Assembly: GCA_963826785.1 (NCBI GenBank)
Contig: CAWGYD010000006.1
Location: forward strand, 544,001 to 608,000
DNA from: an uncultured delta proteobacterium
GTDB lineage: Bacteria; Desulfobacterota; Desulfobacteria; Desulfobacterales; Desulfosalsimonadaceae
DNA: 64,000 nucleotides
Direction: 5' to 3'
The notes under the pieces were generated by a model. That model had not been told where the DNA came from. It did not search any database and saw nothing but the letters and a program-made list of their open reading frames with translations. Numbering within the stretch: the first letter of the stretch is position 1; each line of letters starts with the position of its first letter. The translations under genes were made by a program, and so were the position numbers. Positions 11,271 to 20,345 of this stretch are shown here, piece by piece.

Positions 11271-11305
11271 ACCGGTTTTATCTATTTTTTCAGGAAAATG
11301 CATCC

Positions 11306-11815
11306 ATGAGCGCCTCGCATTCAAACATGATTCTAATCGGCATGCCCGGATCGGGGAAGAGCACCGTCGGGGTGATTCTGGCCAAGCTGATTTCCTTTGA
11401 TTTCATCGACACGGACATCCTGATCCAGAAATCGAAGGGCCGACCCCTGCAGAAAATCGTGGACCGGGAAGGGCCCATGGTTCTGAGGCAAATCGAAGCC
11501 GGCGTGCTGCTGGATCTGAAATGCACCCGGAGCGTCATCTCAACCGGCGGCAGCGCCGTTTACAGCGAGGCGGCCATGGCGCATCTGAAAACGCTGGGCA
11601 CCATCGTCTACCTGAAAGTGGACCTGGATGTGCTCGCCTCGCGGATTCACGACTTTTTCACCCGGGGTCTGGCCCGGCGCCCCGGCCAGAGCCTTTCCGA
11701 CCTGTTTGCCGAACGCGCGCCCCTCTATGCGAAACATGCGGATATGACCATCGACTGCACGAATCTGACCCAGGAAGCGGTCTGCCGAAGCATCATCCTT
11801 CAGGCCGGTTTTTAA
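11306..11815 (+). CDS. aroK: Shikimate kinase
   Basis: LIGMPGSGKSTVG, DTD, STGGS and ERAPLY. Confidence 0.88.
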   Translation: MSASHSNMILIGMPGSGKSTVGVILAKLISFDFIDTDILIQKSKGRPLQKIVDREGPMVLRQIEAGVLLDLKCTRSVISTGGSAVYSEAAMAHLKTLGTIVYLKVDLDVLASRIHDFFTRGLARRPGQSLSDLFAERAPLYAKHADMTIDCTNLTQEAVCRSIILQAGF

Positions 11816-11923
11816 GACGGCTGCCATTATCATCCCTTTACGAACATGCCGGATGTATTATGTTCAAATATACACCTGTGCCAAAACAGGGCATGGGGAA
11901 CAACGGTAAAAGGAGGTGCTCTT

Positions 11924-12241
11924 ATGAACAAACTTCTTGTTTTTTTAATATTTGGCTTAGTCGTCGGGCTTGCCGCATCTTCGGCCTGGGCCGGCGCACT
12001 CAACACGGTTGCCCCTGAAGAACTTTCACCGGCCGTATTTTTTGGCTATACCCCCGCAGATCAAGCCAATGCAGCAGGTCATACGGCAGGTCCGTCTGCC
12101 CGAACCGATCAGCAGGCCGGCATGCGGGCGAAAATGAAAACACCGGCCTGTCCCCGGCCGCATTTTTCGGTTATGCGGACCGCAGCTTGGAAGCATTCGA
12201 TCAAGCGCAAGTTAATGATCATGCAGCCAACCTCGAGGTGA
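11924..12241 (+). CDS. Small putative secreted protein
   Basis: AGGAGG RBS; Sec-type signal peptide MNKLLVFLIFGLVVGLAASSAWA. Confidence 0.6.
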   Translation: MNKLLVFLIFGLVVGLAASSAWAGALNTVAPEELSPAVFFGYTPADQANAAGHTAGPSARTDQQAGMRAKMKTPACPRPHFSVMRTAAWKHSIKRKLMIMQPTSR

Positions 12242-12435
12242 AACGAGCCCAAACCAAGGCTCTGAGCTGGCGCCGTCCGCCTTTTTCTACGGATACCCGG
12301 CAGCCGAGGCCAATACCGTCTGCCAAAGCTGCTGATCCGGTCTAAATTTTTACAAAAACGAGAACCGGAACCGTCTGATAGAATGTGCGACGGATAGTTT
12401 TTTTTAATTGCCGGTTCAAAAAATTCGATACACAT

Positions 12436-12463
12436 CAAAAGGGAAGCCCATGCTTCCCTTTTG
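12436..12463. terminator. Intrinsic terminator-like hairpin
   Basis: CAAAAGGGAAGC-CCAT-GCTTCCCTTTTG. Confidence 0.7.
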
Positions 12464-12580
12464 TGTTATGCGCCCCATAATCACCAGGGAAGATATTTGC
12501 CCAAACGGAATCCGGTCCTTATCGGTTAATTTTGAGAAGAAGTTTTTGAAAAACCGAATCTACACAATGGGGGTGATCAG

Positions 12581-13096
12581 ATGACCGTCGATGAAAAACA
12601 GATCCGCCGGGAACTTGTCTCGCTGCTGGAAGGCGGAAACGCCCACATGGGGTTTGAAGAGGTGGCGGCGGACTTCCCCATGGACCGGATCAATGCCCGG
12701 ACGCCGGCCACACCTTACTCGGCCTGGCATTTTTTAGAACACATGCGGATCGCCCAGAGGGATATCCTTGATTTTATCCGTGACCCGGATTATCGTTCCC
12801 CGGACTACCCGGAAGGGTATCGGCCCCGGGCGGATGCCGTTGCGGGCGAAAAAGAATGGCATCAAACCCTGGATCGGTTCAGAAAAGACCTTTCGGACCT
12901 GGTGGAAATGGCCACAGACCCGAAGACGGATCTTTTCGCGCCGATTCCCCACGCCAAGAACTATACGATTTTCCGGGAACTGCTGGTGGTGGCCGACCAT
13001 AATGCCTATCACCTCGGCGAACTGGCCCTGCTGCGACAGGAACTCAATGCCTGGCCGGAGGACAACCCCTACCTGACCGGAGAAGGGCGTGTTTAA
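12581..13096 (+). CDS. DinB family protein
   Basis: GGNAH, WHFLEHMRIAQRDIL and DHNAYHLGE His triad. Confidence 0.85.
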   Translation: MTVDEKQIRRELVSLLEGGNAHMGFEEVAADFPMDRINARTPATPYSAWHFLEHMRIAQRDILDFIRDPDYRSPDYPEGYRPRADAVAGEKEWHQTLDRFRKDLSDLVEMATDPKTDLFAPIPHAKNYTIFRELLVVADHNAYHLGELALLRQELNAWPEDNPYLTGEGRV

Positions 13097-13695
13097 TGGA
13101 AGGGGAAGCTGACACGGAGGCAGCCGTTCATTTGAATGCGGATCAGGCCATATACAGGTATACGATTGACCGGGATGACCGGATCACCGGCGTCAGCGAC
13201 AACTGGCTGGCTTTTGCAGTCGACAATGACGGTGCGGACACCTGCCACCCGGACCGTATCGTGGGGCACCTGCTCTGGAAATTCATAAATGACATCGAAA
13301 CCCGGACCATTTACCGTATGATCCTGGAAACCGTGAGAGTAAAGCAACGCCGGGTTTCCTTCCCTTTCCGATGCGATTCGCCGGACAAGCGCCGCTATTT
13401 TGAAATGACCGTGGTTCCGGAAAAAGAAGCGCATGTTGAATTTTTAAGCCATTTACGAAAAACCAAACCCCGCCCCGCGCTTAAACTGTTTGATGCCAAG
13501 GCCGGCCGTTCGGACGAAAAAATCCGGATCTGCAGCATGTGCAGGAAGATCGAAGTGGCCGAGCATAAGTGGGTTGAAGCGGAAAAGGCGGTTTCATCGC
13601 TGAAGCTGTTGGCGCAGGATCATCTGCCGATCCTGTCCCACGGCATCTGTCTCCTCTGCTTTGATATGGTGCTGTTCCAACTGGATAATGAATGA
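13096..13695 (+). CDS. PAS-like domain protein with C-terminal CxxC...HGICxxC metal-binding module
   Basis: W..FA..N, VG..LW.FI and FPFRCDSP in the PAS-like part; ICSMCRKI...SHGICLLC at the C-terminus. Confidence 0.7.
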   Translation: MEGEADTEAAVHLNADQAIYRYTIDRDDRITGVSDNWLAFAVDNDGADTCHPDRIVGHLLWKFINDIETRTIYRMILETVRVKQRRVSFPFRCDSPDKRRYFEMTVVPEKEAHVEFLSHLRKTKPRPALKLFDAKAGRSDEKIRICSMCRKIEVAEHKWVEAEKAVSSLKLLAQDHLPILSHGICLLCFDMVLFQLDNE

Positions 13696-14006
13696 GGGCC
13701 AGATGCATCGCCATATTCGGCACCGCATCGGATGTGGCCTTGCTCAAGGTGATAACGCGCAACGGAAAATTCGTTGATGAAACAGACGGGAGCGTTTCAG
13801 GCCCTGAAAATGTGATGGGGACATACATGCATGGTTTTTTCGACACCCCCGCCATTCTCGAAAAGTGGCTCCTGCGTGTGGGCATTACAGATGTATCCGT
13901 TTCGGCTGTTTCCGGAATCGAAGCGCAAAACCGCCAGTACGATCGCCTGGCAACGCATATCAGGGAAAATATCGATCTGGCATTTCTTTTTCGAAAAGAA
14001 TCGTAA
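13692..14006 (+). pseudogene. cobQ: Cobyric acid synthase remnant with a large in-frame internal deletion
   Basis: The CobQ N-terminus (IAIFGTASDV) joins directly to the CobQ C-terminus (DG...VMGTYMHGFFD...YDRLA..IRENID); only 104 aa. Confidence 0.8.
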
Positions 14007-14012
14007 ACCCCG

Positions 14013-14360
14013 TCAGGCGGCCGGTATGTTCGCAGGTTGCTGCAGTGCCACATCGACCAGCAGCCGTTCCGCGCCTTTTGTCCTCAACAGCCATTTCACC
14101 AGGATCCCGTACGTTGCCACCTCGATTTCCCGGTGGGGATGAAGCGGCCACACCGCCCCCGGAGATAAGGTATCATCGTTGAAGACACGAAGCGTCGCGA
14201 ACTGCATGTACGGTGGATCATGGTTTTCGCCAGATGAAAAATGCCAGGAACCGTAAAAACTGCCCTTGACGATATGTCCCTCCGCCTGATATATGCTTTC
14301 CGGCGGTCTTATAATGATGATTTGATGCCCAGCCTCTGTTTCCTGAGGGGTCACGGGCAT
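14013..14360 (-). pseudogene. Pirin family remnant, internally deleted
   Basis: HFS....DP..MQFATLRVFNDD.LSPG..WPLHPHREIEVATY jumps to a C-terminal-like LLVDVAL; 115 aa. Confidence 0.7.
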
Positions 14361-14383
14361 GCGCCATTTATTCGAATTGCGGG

Positions 14384-14914
14384 TTATATCCTTTGCCCGG
14401 CGCCGAAGATGGAAAAGACCACCCCGATGATCAGGCCCTGAATGAGCCAGCCGATCAGGCAGACGCCCACGGCCCGCCAGGTGCTGCTGTAATCCAGTGC
14501 CTGGCGCACGGCGATGATCATGGCCGCAAGCATCCAGATGCCGGCGATGAAAAAGACGATCATCTGGAGCCCGGGTATGATGCCGATGATGCGGATGATC
14601 CCCGGAGAACTGGAAAATCCGATGGTGCGGAGCAGCTCCCCCACATCCGCCTTTGTCTGGGGTTCCGGAAGCAGTTTTGCACCGATCAGATAGGTGATGA
14701 TGGCCCATGCCAGCCATCCGATCAGCGCCGCGAAGAGGCCGATGCCGATACCGCTGCTGCCGGCGGCAGAAATGCTGCCGATGCCGGCGGCCAGACTGGA
14801 GAGCACCACCACCCCCATGGCCTGGCCCATGGAACCGGTGTCCGCCTCCACCTCTTCGTAGGTTTCGATGTCGAGTTTGGCCGCGCCGATCATCCGCTGA
14901 ATAAAATTTGCCAT
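14384..14914 (-). CDS. YIP1 family membrane protein
   Basis: RMIGAAKLD..TYEEVEAD, LLRTIGFSSSPG and AVRQALDY; about 5 TM segments. Confidence 0.8.
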   Translation of the reverse strand: MANFIQRMIGAAKLDIETYEEVEADTGSMGQAMGVVVLSSLAAGIGSISAAGSSGIGIGLFAALIGWLAWAIITYLIGAKLLPEPQTKADVGELLRTIGFSSSPGIIRIIGIIPGLQMIVFFIAGIWMLAAMIIAVRQALDYSSTWRAVGVCLIGWLIQGLIIGVVFSIFGAGQRI

Positions 14915-15047
14915 TGATTTTCCTTTCATACTGGGGTGAATATCAATAGATATAATGTAAGGCGTTGCGGTATCTTTTCAAATACCGGAACAGTGTTCGT
15001 GAACCTAAACCGGATTAGGGTAAATCCGGAAATCAGGAGGCTTTTTA

Positions 15048-16799
15048 ATGAAGAATGCGGAATTGTTCAAAAATGTGATGGCGATTAATGCTGTCAAAAA
15101 TCTAGAAGATCGGAGGGCGCAGGCGGAATCGTTCTTCCAGGAACTACGGAAGCATGATTTCGGGGACCGCTTCAACTGGGCGGAGGAAATCTTTGAAGAA
15201 CTCCACGTAAAGGAGAGAGGCGATAAGACGGCACTGATCTGGGCGGACATGGAAACGGGAGAGAACAAGACGTTTTCCTACCGGGAGTTGGCCGGAAACG
15301 GAAACCGGCTGCTCAATTTCATGCGGAAAAACGGCCTCGAAAAGGGGAACAACATCTATATGATGACCCCCATCGTGCCGGAAACCTGGTTTGCCACATT
15401 CGCCGGAATCAAAGGCGGGCTGATCGCCGTGCCCACGGCCACCTCCATGACCGTCCGGGAACTCAAGTTCCGGTTTGAAATCTATCCGCCGGATGCAGTC
15501 ATGATTTCGGAAGAATTTGCCGAAATTATGGATGAGGCCCTGGAAAGTGCGGGCATCGTGCCCAAGATCAAGCTGGTGCTCGGTCGGAAAGATGGATGGA
15601 AAACCTGGGCGGAGACGCAGGAACAGCCGGATACGGCGGATGCGGCCCCGACCCGGCCGGAGGATGTCCTGTTCTGCTTTTTCACCTCCGGAACCACCGG
15701 CCTGCCCAAGCGGGTGGGGCACAGTGCGGTTTCCTACCCGGTGGGGCACCTGTCCACTTCCGTGCTGATCGGGATCAAAGAAGACGATATCCATCACAAT
15801 CTCAGCGCCCCGGGATGGGCCAAGTGGGCCTGGAGCAGCTTTTTCGCACCGTTCAATGTCGGGGCCACCGCAGCCGGGTTCAATTTCAAGGCCCTCAACG
15901 GCGACACCTATCTGCGGCATGTTTCCGATCATCACGTGACGTCTTTCTGCGCGCCGCCGACGGCATGGCGGATGTTCGTGGGCCTGGACCTTAAATCGTA
16001 CGACTTTTCCGCATTGCGGCAGTCGGTCAGTGCGGGTGAGCCATTGAACCCGGAAACCATTGAAAAATGGAAAAAAGCCACCCAAAACGAAATCCGGGAT
16101 TTTTACGGGCAGACGGAATCGACGGCCATGATCGGAAACGCCCCCTGGATGGAAGGGAAGATGCGGTTCGGGTCGTTCGGCCGTCCATCCCCCATGTATG
16201 ACGTCACCCTGCTCGATGAAGAAGGAAAGGAAGTCACCCAGCCGCGGCAGAATGGACATATCGTCGTGCGCCTGGATAAGGGCGGGGCCATCGGGCTTTT
16301 TTCCGAATACATCGGCAACCCGGACAAGATGAAAGAAGTGGTGTTCGACAACTACTATTACACCGGGGACCGGGCTTCGTTCGACGAGGATGGGTACTGG
16401 TGGTTCGAAGGCCGGGCAGACGACGTGATCAAGTCTTCGGATTTCCGGGTGGGCCCTTTCGAGGTGGAAAGTGCCATGGTGGAGCATCCCGCGATCATGG
16501 AATCGGCCGTGGTGGGCACTCCCGATCCCAAACGGCACCAGCTGGTCAAGGCCTATGTCATTCTCAACCACGGGTACACGCCCTCAAGGGAACTGGCCCT
16601 GGACCTGTTTCAGCACAGCATCCGGATCCTGGCCAAATTCCGCATCCCCCGCATCATCCAGTTTGTGGATACCCTGCCCAAAACCATCAGCGGCAAAATC
16701 CGGCGGATCGAACTGCGGGATTTTGAAAAAGGCAAACAGGGCCGGCAGGAACATGAATACTTCTACACGGATTTTCCCGAGCTGAGTTCAAAGAAATAG
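15048..16799 (+). CDS. AMP-forming acyl-CoA synthetase (short/medium chain)
   Basis: FTSGTTGLPK, GWAKWAW, YGQTE, GRADD and PKTISGKIRR; AGGAGG RBS. Confidence 0.93.
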   Translation: MKNAELFKNVMAINAVKNLEDRRAQAESFFQELRKHDFGDRFNWAEEIFEELHVKERGDKTALIWADMETGENKTFSYRELAGNGNRLLNFMRKNGLEKGNNIYMMTPIVPETWFATFAGIKGGLIAVPTATSMTVRELKFRFEIYPPDAVMISEEFAEIMDEALESAGIVPKIKLVLGRKDGWKTWAETQEQPDTADAAPTRPEDVLFCFFTSGTTGLPKRVGHSAVSYPVGHLSTSVLIGIKEDDIHHNLSAPGWAKWAWSSFFAPFNVGATAAGFNFKALNGDTYLRHVSDHHVTSFCAPPTAWRMFVGLDLKSYDFSALRQSVSAGEPLNPETIEKWKKATQNEIRDFYGQTESTAMIGNAPWMEGKMRFGSFGRPSPMYDVTLLDEEGKEVTQPRQNGHIVVRLDKGGAIGLFSEYIGNPDKMKEVVFDNYYYTGDRASFDEDGYWWFEGRADDVIKSSDFRVGPFEVESAMVEHPAIMESAVVGTPDPKRHQLVKAYVILNHGYTPSRELALDLFQHSIRILAKFRIPRIIQFVDTLPKTISGKIRRIELRDFEKGKQGRQEHEYFYTDFPELSSKK

Positions 16800-16827
16800 A
16801 AATCCGTCCAAATGTGATGCTTCCTCA

Positions 16828-16854
16828 TGCGGGGGAGGACTTGTCCTCCCCCGC
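16828..16854 (+). terminator. Terminator-like hairpin
   Basis: TGCGGGGGAG...CTCCCCCGCA just after the synthetase stop codon. Confidence 0.55.
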
Positions 16855-17225
16855 ACCATTTCAAAAGCGCCATTCCCCTCCATTATTTTAAACCGGCAGA
16901 GACACACCTCATGATTCTTAACCTCCTCCCCTTTCTGACTGATGGGGGTTCATCAGAACCGGCCTTGTTTTCCTGCTTATCTTCTTCTCACCAGAAGATA
17001 CTGTCTGTTTGTCTCCAAAATGGGTTTTTCTGCTCATTGAAAGATAAATCCACATCGTTTTATGAATTGGTACAGAGATGAGCGGGTGATTGTAACTCCT
17101 TAAAAAGAACCGCGCCGCTCTCTGAATGTCCCGACTCCGGGTTCATCCACGGGCTGATCGACCGCTTTTCGCCCCCTGAAGTCGGAAAAATCCTTATCAG
17201 GCAATAGTCCAAAAGGAGAGGCAAA

Positions 17226-18536
17226 ATGAAAAAATGGATTCTGGTCATGATGGTTGCTTGTTTTCTGGGGACGCCCCTGTCGGCCGAGGAACTGTTTTCG
17301 GCGACGAAAGCGGGCGATTTGAGCGATATGACGCATTTGGGGGGTGCGCTGTACAGGGATCTGACGCTTTCCTTTAACGCAAATGAGGCCTGCATGACCT
17401 GCCATCATCCTTCCGCCGGGTTCGCGGATCAGGCAGACCGCATTGACCCGGTGAATCTGCCCGTTTCGGCAGGGTCGGTGGCGGGAATGTTCGGCGGGAG
17501 AAACGCGCCTTCATCGGCCTATGCCGGTTTTGCCCCTTGTTTTTATTATGATGCGGACGAAGGATTGTTTCTGGGCGGCGCCTTCTGGGATGGCCGGGCC
17601 ACGGGAAATCTTTCTCTGGGAGGCGCTCTTGCGGTTCATGATCCGCTGGCGGAACAGGCCATGGGACCGTTTTTAAATCCTGTGGAAATGGCTGTTCCGG
17701 ATGCGGAGATGCTGGTGGCGCTGGTCAAGAATTCAGCATATGCCGACCTTTTTCTCAAGGTTTTCGGACCGGAAGCCTTCGATGACACCCAACTGGCTTA
17801 TGAGTACATCGGGATCGCCATCGCGGATTTTGAGCATTCCCACTTTATTAACCGGTTTAGTTCCAAGTTCGACAAGTTTGTGGCCGAGCAGGGCGGGGAG
17901 GTCGATGATTTCGGAGTTGAGGTGGAGGACAGCGGATTTCGGAAATATGTCGGTCCGCCGAAAAAGTTTAAGTCCAAATACCTGACCTATGACGAGGCCG
18001 ACGGTCTGGCCCTGTTCAATGCCGATTCAGGCGTGCAGTTGGAAAATGACGGCAGCAGCGTGGGCGGCATGTGCTATCTGTGCCATCTGACGGAAAATGG
18101 TCCGGAGGCGAATGCGCCGCTGCTGACCGATTTTTCCTATGATAATCTTGGAATTCCCAAAAACGATAGAATCGAAGCGCTGGCCGGGTTTCAGGAGACG
18201 GATTACGGGCTGGGGGCCCGGGTGGAGCAGCTTGAAACCGCGTGTCCGGAATGTGCTTTCACCTACAATGAAAATGAGACGGTGATCGAGGAAGAAGCCG
18301 GCAAATTCAAGGTACCCACGCTTAGGAATGTCGAAAGATCAGCACCTTATGGACACAACGGCTATTTTCCGGACCTGCTTTCCATCGTTCATTTCTATAA
18401 TGTCAGAAATTCCATGACAGAAATAGCGGCCGAAGTTCCTTCCACCGTAAATGAGGAAGAACTCGGCAACCTGGGGCTCTCCCCGGACCAGGAGGCAAAA
18501 ATCGTACTGTTTTTGAAAACCCTGACCGACCGTTGA
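17226..18536 (+). CDS. Periplasmic di-heme cytochrome c peroxidase / MauG superfamily protein
   Basis: Signal peptide, CMTCH, RNAPS, FWDGRA, NPVEM, CYLCH and KFKVPTLRNV..APYGHNG. Confidence 0.9.
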   Translation: MKKWILVMMVACFLGTPLSAEELFSATKAGDLSDMTHLGGALYRDLTLSFNANEACMTCHHPSAGFADQADRIDPVNLPVSAGSVAGMFGGRNAPSSAYAGFAPCFYYDADEGLFLGGAFWDGRATGNLSLGGALAVHDPLAEQAMGPFLNPVEMAVPDAEMLVALVKNSAYADLFLKVFGPEAFDDTQLAYEYIGIAIADFEHSHFINRFSSKFDKFVAEQGGEVDDFGVEVEDSGFRKYVGPPKKFKSKYLTYDEADGLALFNADSGVQLENDGSSVGGMCYLCHLTENGPEANAPLLTDFSYDNLGIPKNDRIEALAGFQETDYGLGARVEQLETACPECAFTYNENETVIEEEAGKFKVPTLRNVERSAPYGHNGYFPDLLSIVHFYNVRNSMTEIAAEVPSTVNEEELGNLGLSPDQEAKIVLFLKTLTDR

Positions 18537-18594
18537 CCCAACCAATCGATTTTCGCATACGAACACCGCATGGGGCCAGGCTTCATGCGGTGTT

Positions 18595-19263
18595 CTATTT
18601 CAAAGCGGTTTGGGATTTTTCCAGAGAGTTTAACACCACCTCCACGTGGGCGGAGGCGAACTGTCGGAATGTGTCTGCGGCGGCATCCGGGTCATTGCGG
18701 GCGATGCTCTCATACCCCTTGCGCAGGTGGCTGACCACTTTTTTGAGCTGGTCCGGCATGTAGGTGATGGACATCCACTGGACCCGCTCCGCGGTGGGCA
18801 TGAGTTCCAGGGCGATGCGTTCGATGATGGGATTTCCGGACATTCTCAGAACTTTGTGGGCCATCCGGGTGACGTTGATCAGGTAGAGATCAAAGTCGTT
18901 TTCATCGATGCTCTTTTCCAGGTTGGCCAGCTCCGTTTTCAGATCGGCGATGTCATCAGGAGTGGCGTTTCTGGCGGCATTGGCGAAGGCATATTGATAG
19001 AGTACAATAGCCGTGTCATAGAGGTGGCCGATCAGTTCAACGGAAAGCTCGGTCACCTGGTATCCTTTGGGCGTTTTATCCACCAGCCGGATCTGCTCGA
19101 GCCGCAAAAGCGCATCCCGGACCGGGCTTCGGCTGACGCCCAGGTCCTTGGAGACCTGGGATTCATGGATCGGTTCGCCGGATTTCAGTTCATTTCGGAT
19201 GATCTTTTTTCCGATAATCTCGATGATCTGATCCGACAAATTGTTTCGTGCCAGCGCTTCCAT
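18595..19263 (-). CDS. GntR family regulator (FCD C-terminal domain)
   Basis: Winged helix-turn-helix LGVSRSPVRDAL; 222 aa. Confidence 0.9.
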   Translation of the reverse strand: MEALARNNLSDQIIEIIGKKIIRNELKSGEPIHESQVSKDLGVSRSPVRDALLRLEQIRLVDKTPKGYQVTELSVELIGHLYDTAIVLYQYAFANAARNATPDDIADLKTELANLEKSIDENDFDLYLINVTRMAHKVLRMSGNPIIERIALELMPTAERVQWMSITYMPDQLKKVVSHLRKGYESIARNDPDAAADTFRQFASAHVEVVLNSLEKSQTALK

Positions 19264-19269
19264 TCGATG

Positions 19270-19512
19270 CTAACCCTCTTGCGGCTCAAGTGCTGACATG
19301 GAAACGGCCCCCGCGAGGCACTCCTTCTCACAGGCATGGCAGCCGATGCATTTTTCAGGTGCGGCTAAAAACGGGTATCGCCGAAATCCCCGGGTGCTGT
19401 TGGCAATGTGGAGGTCTAAAGCGCCGGTGGGGCAGATCTCGGTGCACATGGAACAGGCCCAGCAGAGTTCCCGGTCAAAAAGGGGGGTCGATATATTCTT
19501 TTTTGCCTTCAT
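19270..19512 (-). CDS. 2x[4Fe-4S] ferredoxin
   Basis: CWACSMCTEICP and CIGCHACEKEC. Confidence 0.88.
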   Translation of the reverse strand: MKAKKNISTPLFDRELCWACSMCTEICPTGALDLHIANSTRGFRRYPFLAAPEKCIGCHACEKECLAGAVSMSALEPQEG

Positions 19513-19560
19513 GTCGTTGCGATCCTTTTCGGACTTGAATATCGTATTTGTCTTTTGATT

Positions 19561-20310
19561 TCAGTTAAATGGTTTCCACACGGTTTGGGCCCGGGTGATG
19601 ATTTTTCCGGTGTTTTTACTGAAAAGCGCATGGGCAAACTGCGGGGCCGGATTTTCATGCACCTGTTGGGCCCGGGAGATGATCCGGTCCCCATAGAGGG
19701 ATTCACCGATATAGTGGATATCGATCTCGCAGGGCCTATATCCCCGGATGACGGCTTCGGGAACGGTTTCCAGCGCCCAGACGATATAAACCGAATTGTT
19801 CACGTGGGTATTGAAATCCAGATCATGCATCCGGATGTTGAAGATGCGCTCCGCATCGGTATTTGCCGGTTCGGGTATGGCAGCGAAATTATCTTCAACC
19901 GGACGCTGGCATCCGGACAGCATGGCCTCCGGCAGGCCCTTGCTGAGGCGGACCGGCTTTTTGCCTGCCAGACTGACGACGATCCAGCAGCTTCTGGCGG
20001 CAATCAACAGCTTTTCATGGTCATCGTAGATTTCAAATTCCCTGAGCTCATATAGATTTTTATGGGGATACCGCCAGGTGACGGCCCGGAGGGAATCGTT
20101 CCAGCCCGGATAATGGTGTAAGGCGATGTGGTATTTCACCACCACCCAGGCAAATCCGTTCCGGAAAAGATCATTCGATGATGCCCCCATGCGCCCGCAG
20201 TGCCGGCTCATGATATCCTGGAAGATGTTTAAGGCCGCCACCGGCTTGATCATCCCCCTGACTCCGGTATCGGCATAGCGCACCCGGATGTTCTGTTCAT
20301 ATAAATCCAT
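19561..20310 (-). CDS. Acyl-ACP/acyl-CoA thioesterase (double hotdog)
   Basis: VRYADT, P.WND...VTW and DLDFNTHVNNSVY.WALE. Confidence 0.88.
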   Translation of the reverse strand: MDLYEQNIRVRYADTGVRGMIKPVAALNIFQDIMSRHCGRMGASSNDLFRNGFAWVVVKYHIALHHYPGWNDSLRAVTWRYPHKNLYELREFEIYDDHEKLLIAARSCWIVVSLAGKKPVRLSKGLPEAMLSGCQRPVEDNFAAIPEPANTDAERIFNIRMHDLDFNTHVNNSVYIVWALETVPEAVIRGYRPCEIDIHYIGESLYGDRIISRAQQVHENPAPQFAHALFSKNTGKIITRAQTVWKPFN

Positions 20311-20345
20311 GAGATTATCAGTTCCCCCGCCGGGGCCGGGGGGTG

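Noticed and set aside
14384..14717. First half of the 234-aa ORF 14013-14717
   Set aside because: It is an alternate frame of the YIP1 gene; only the part from 14360 resembles pirin.
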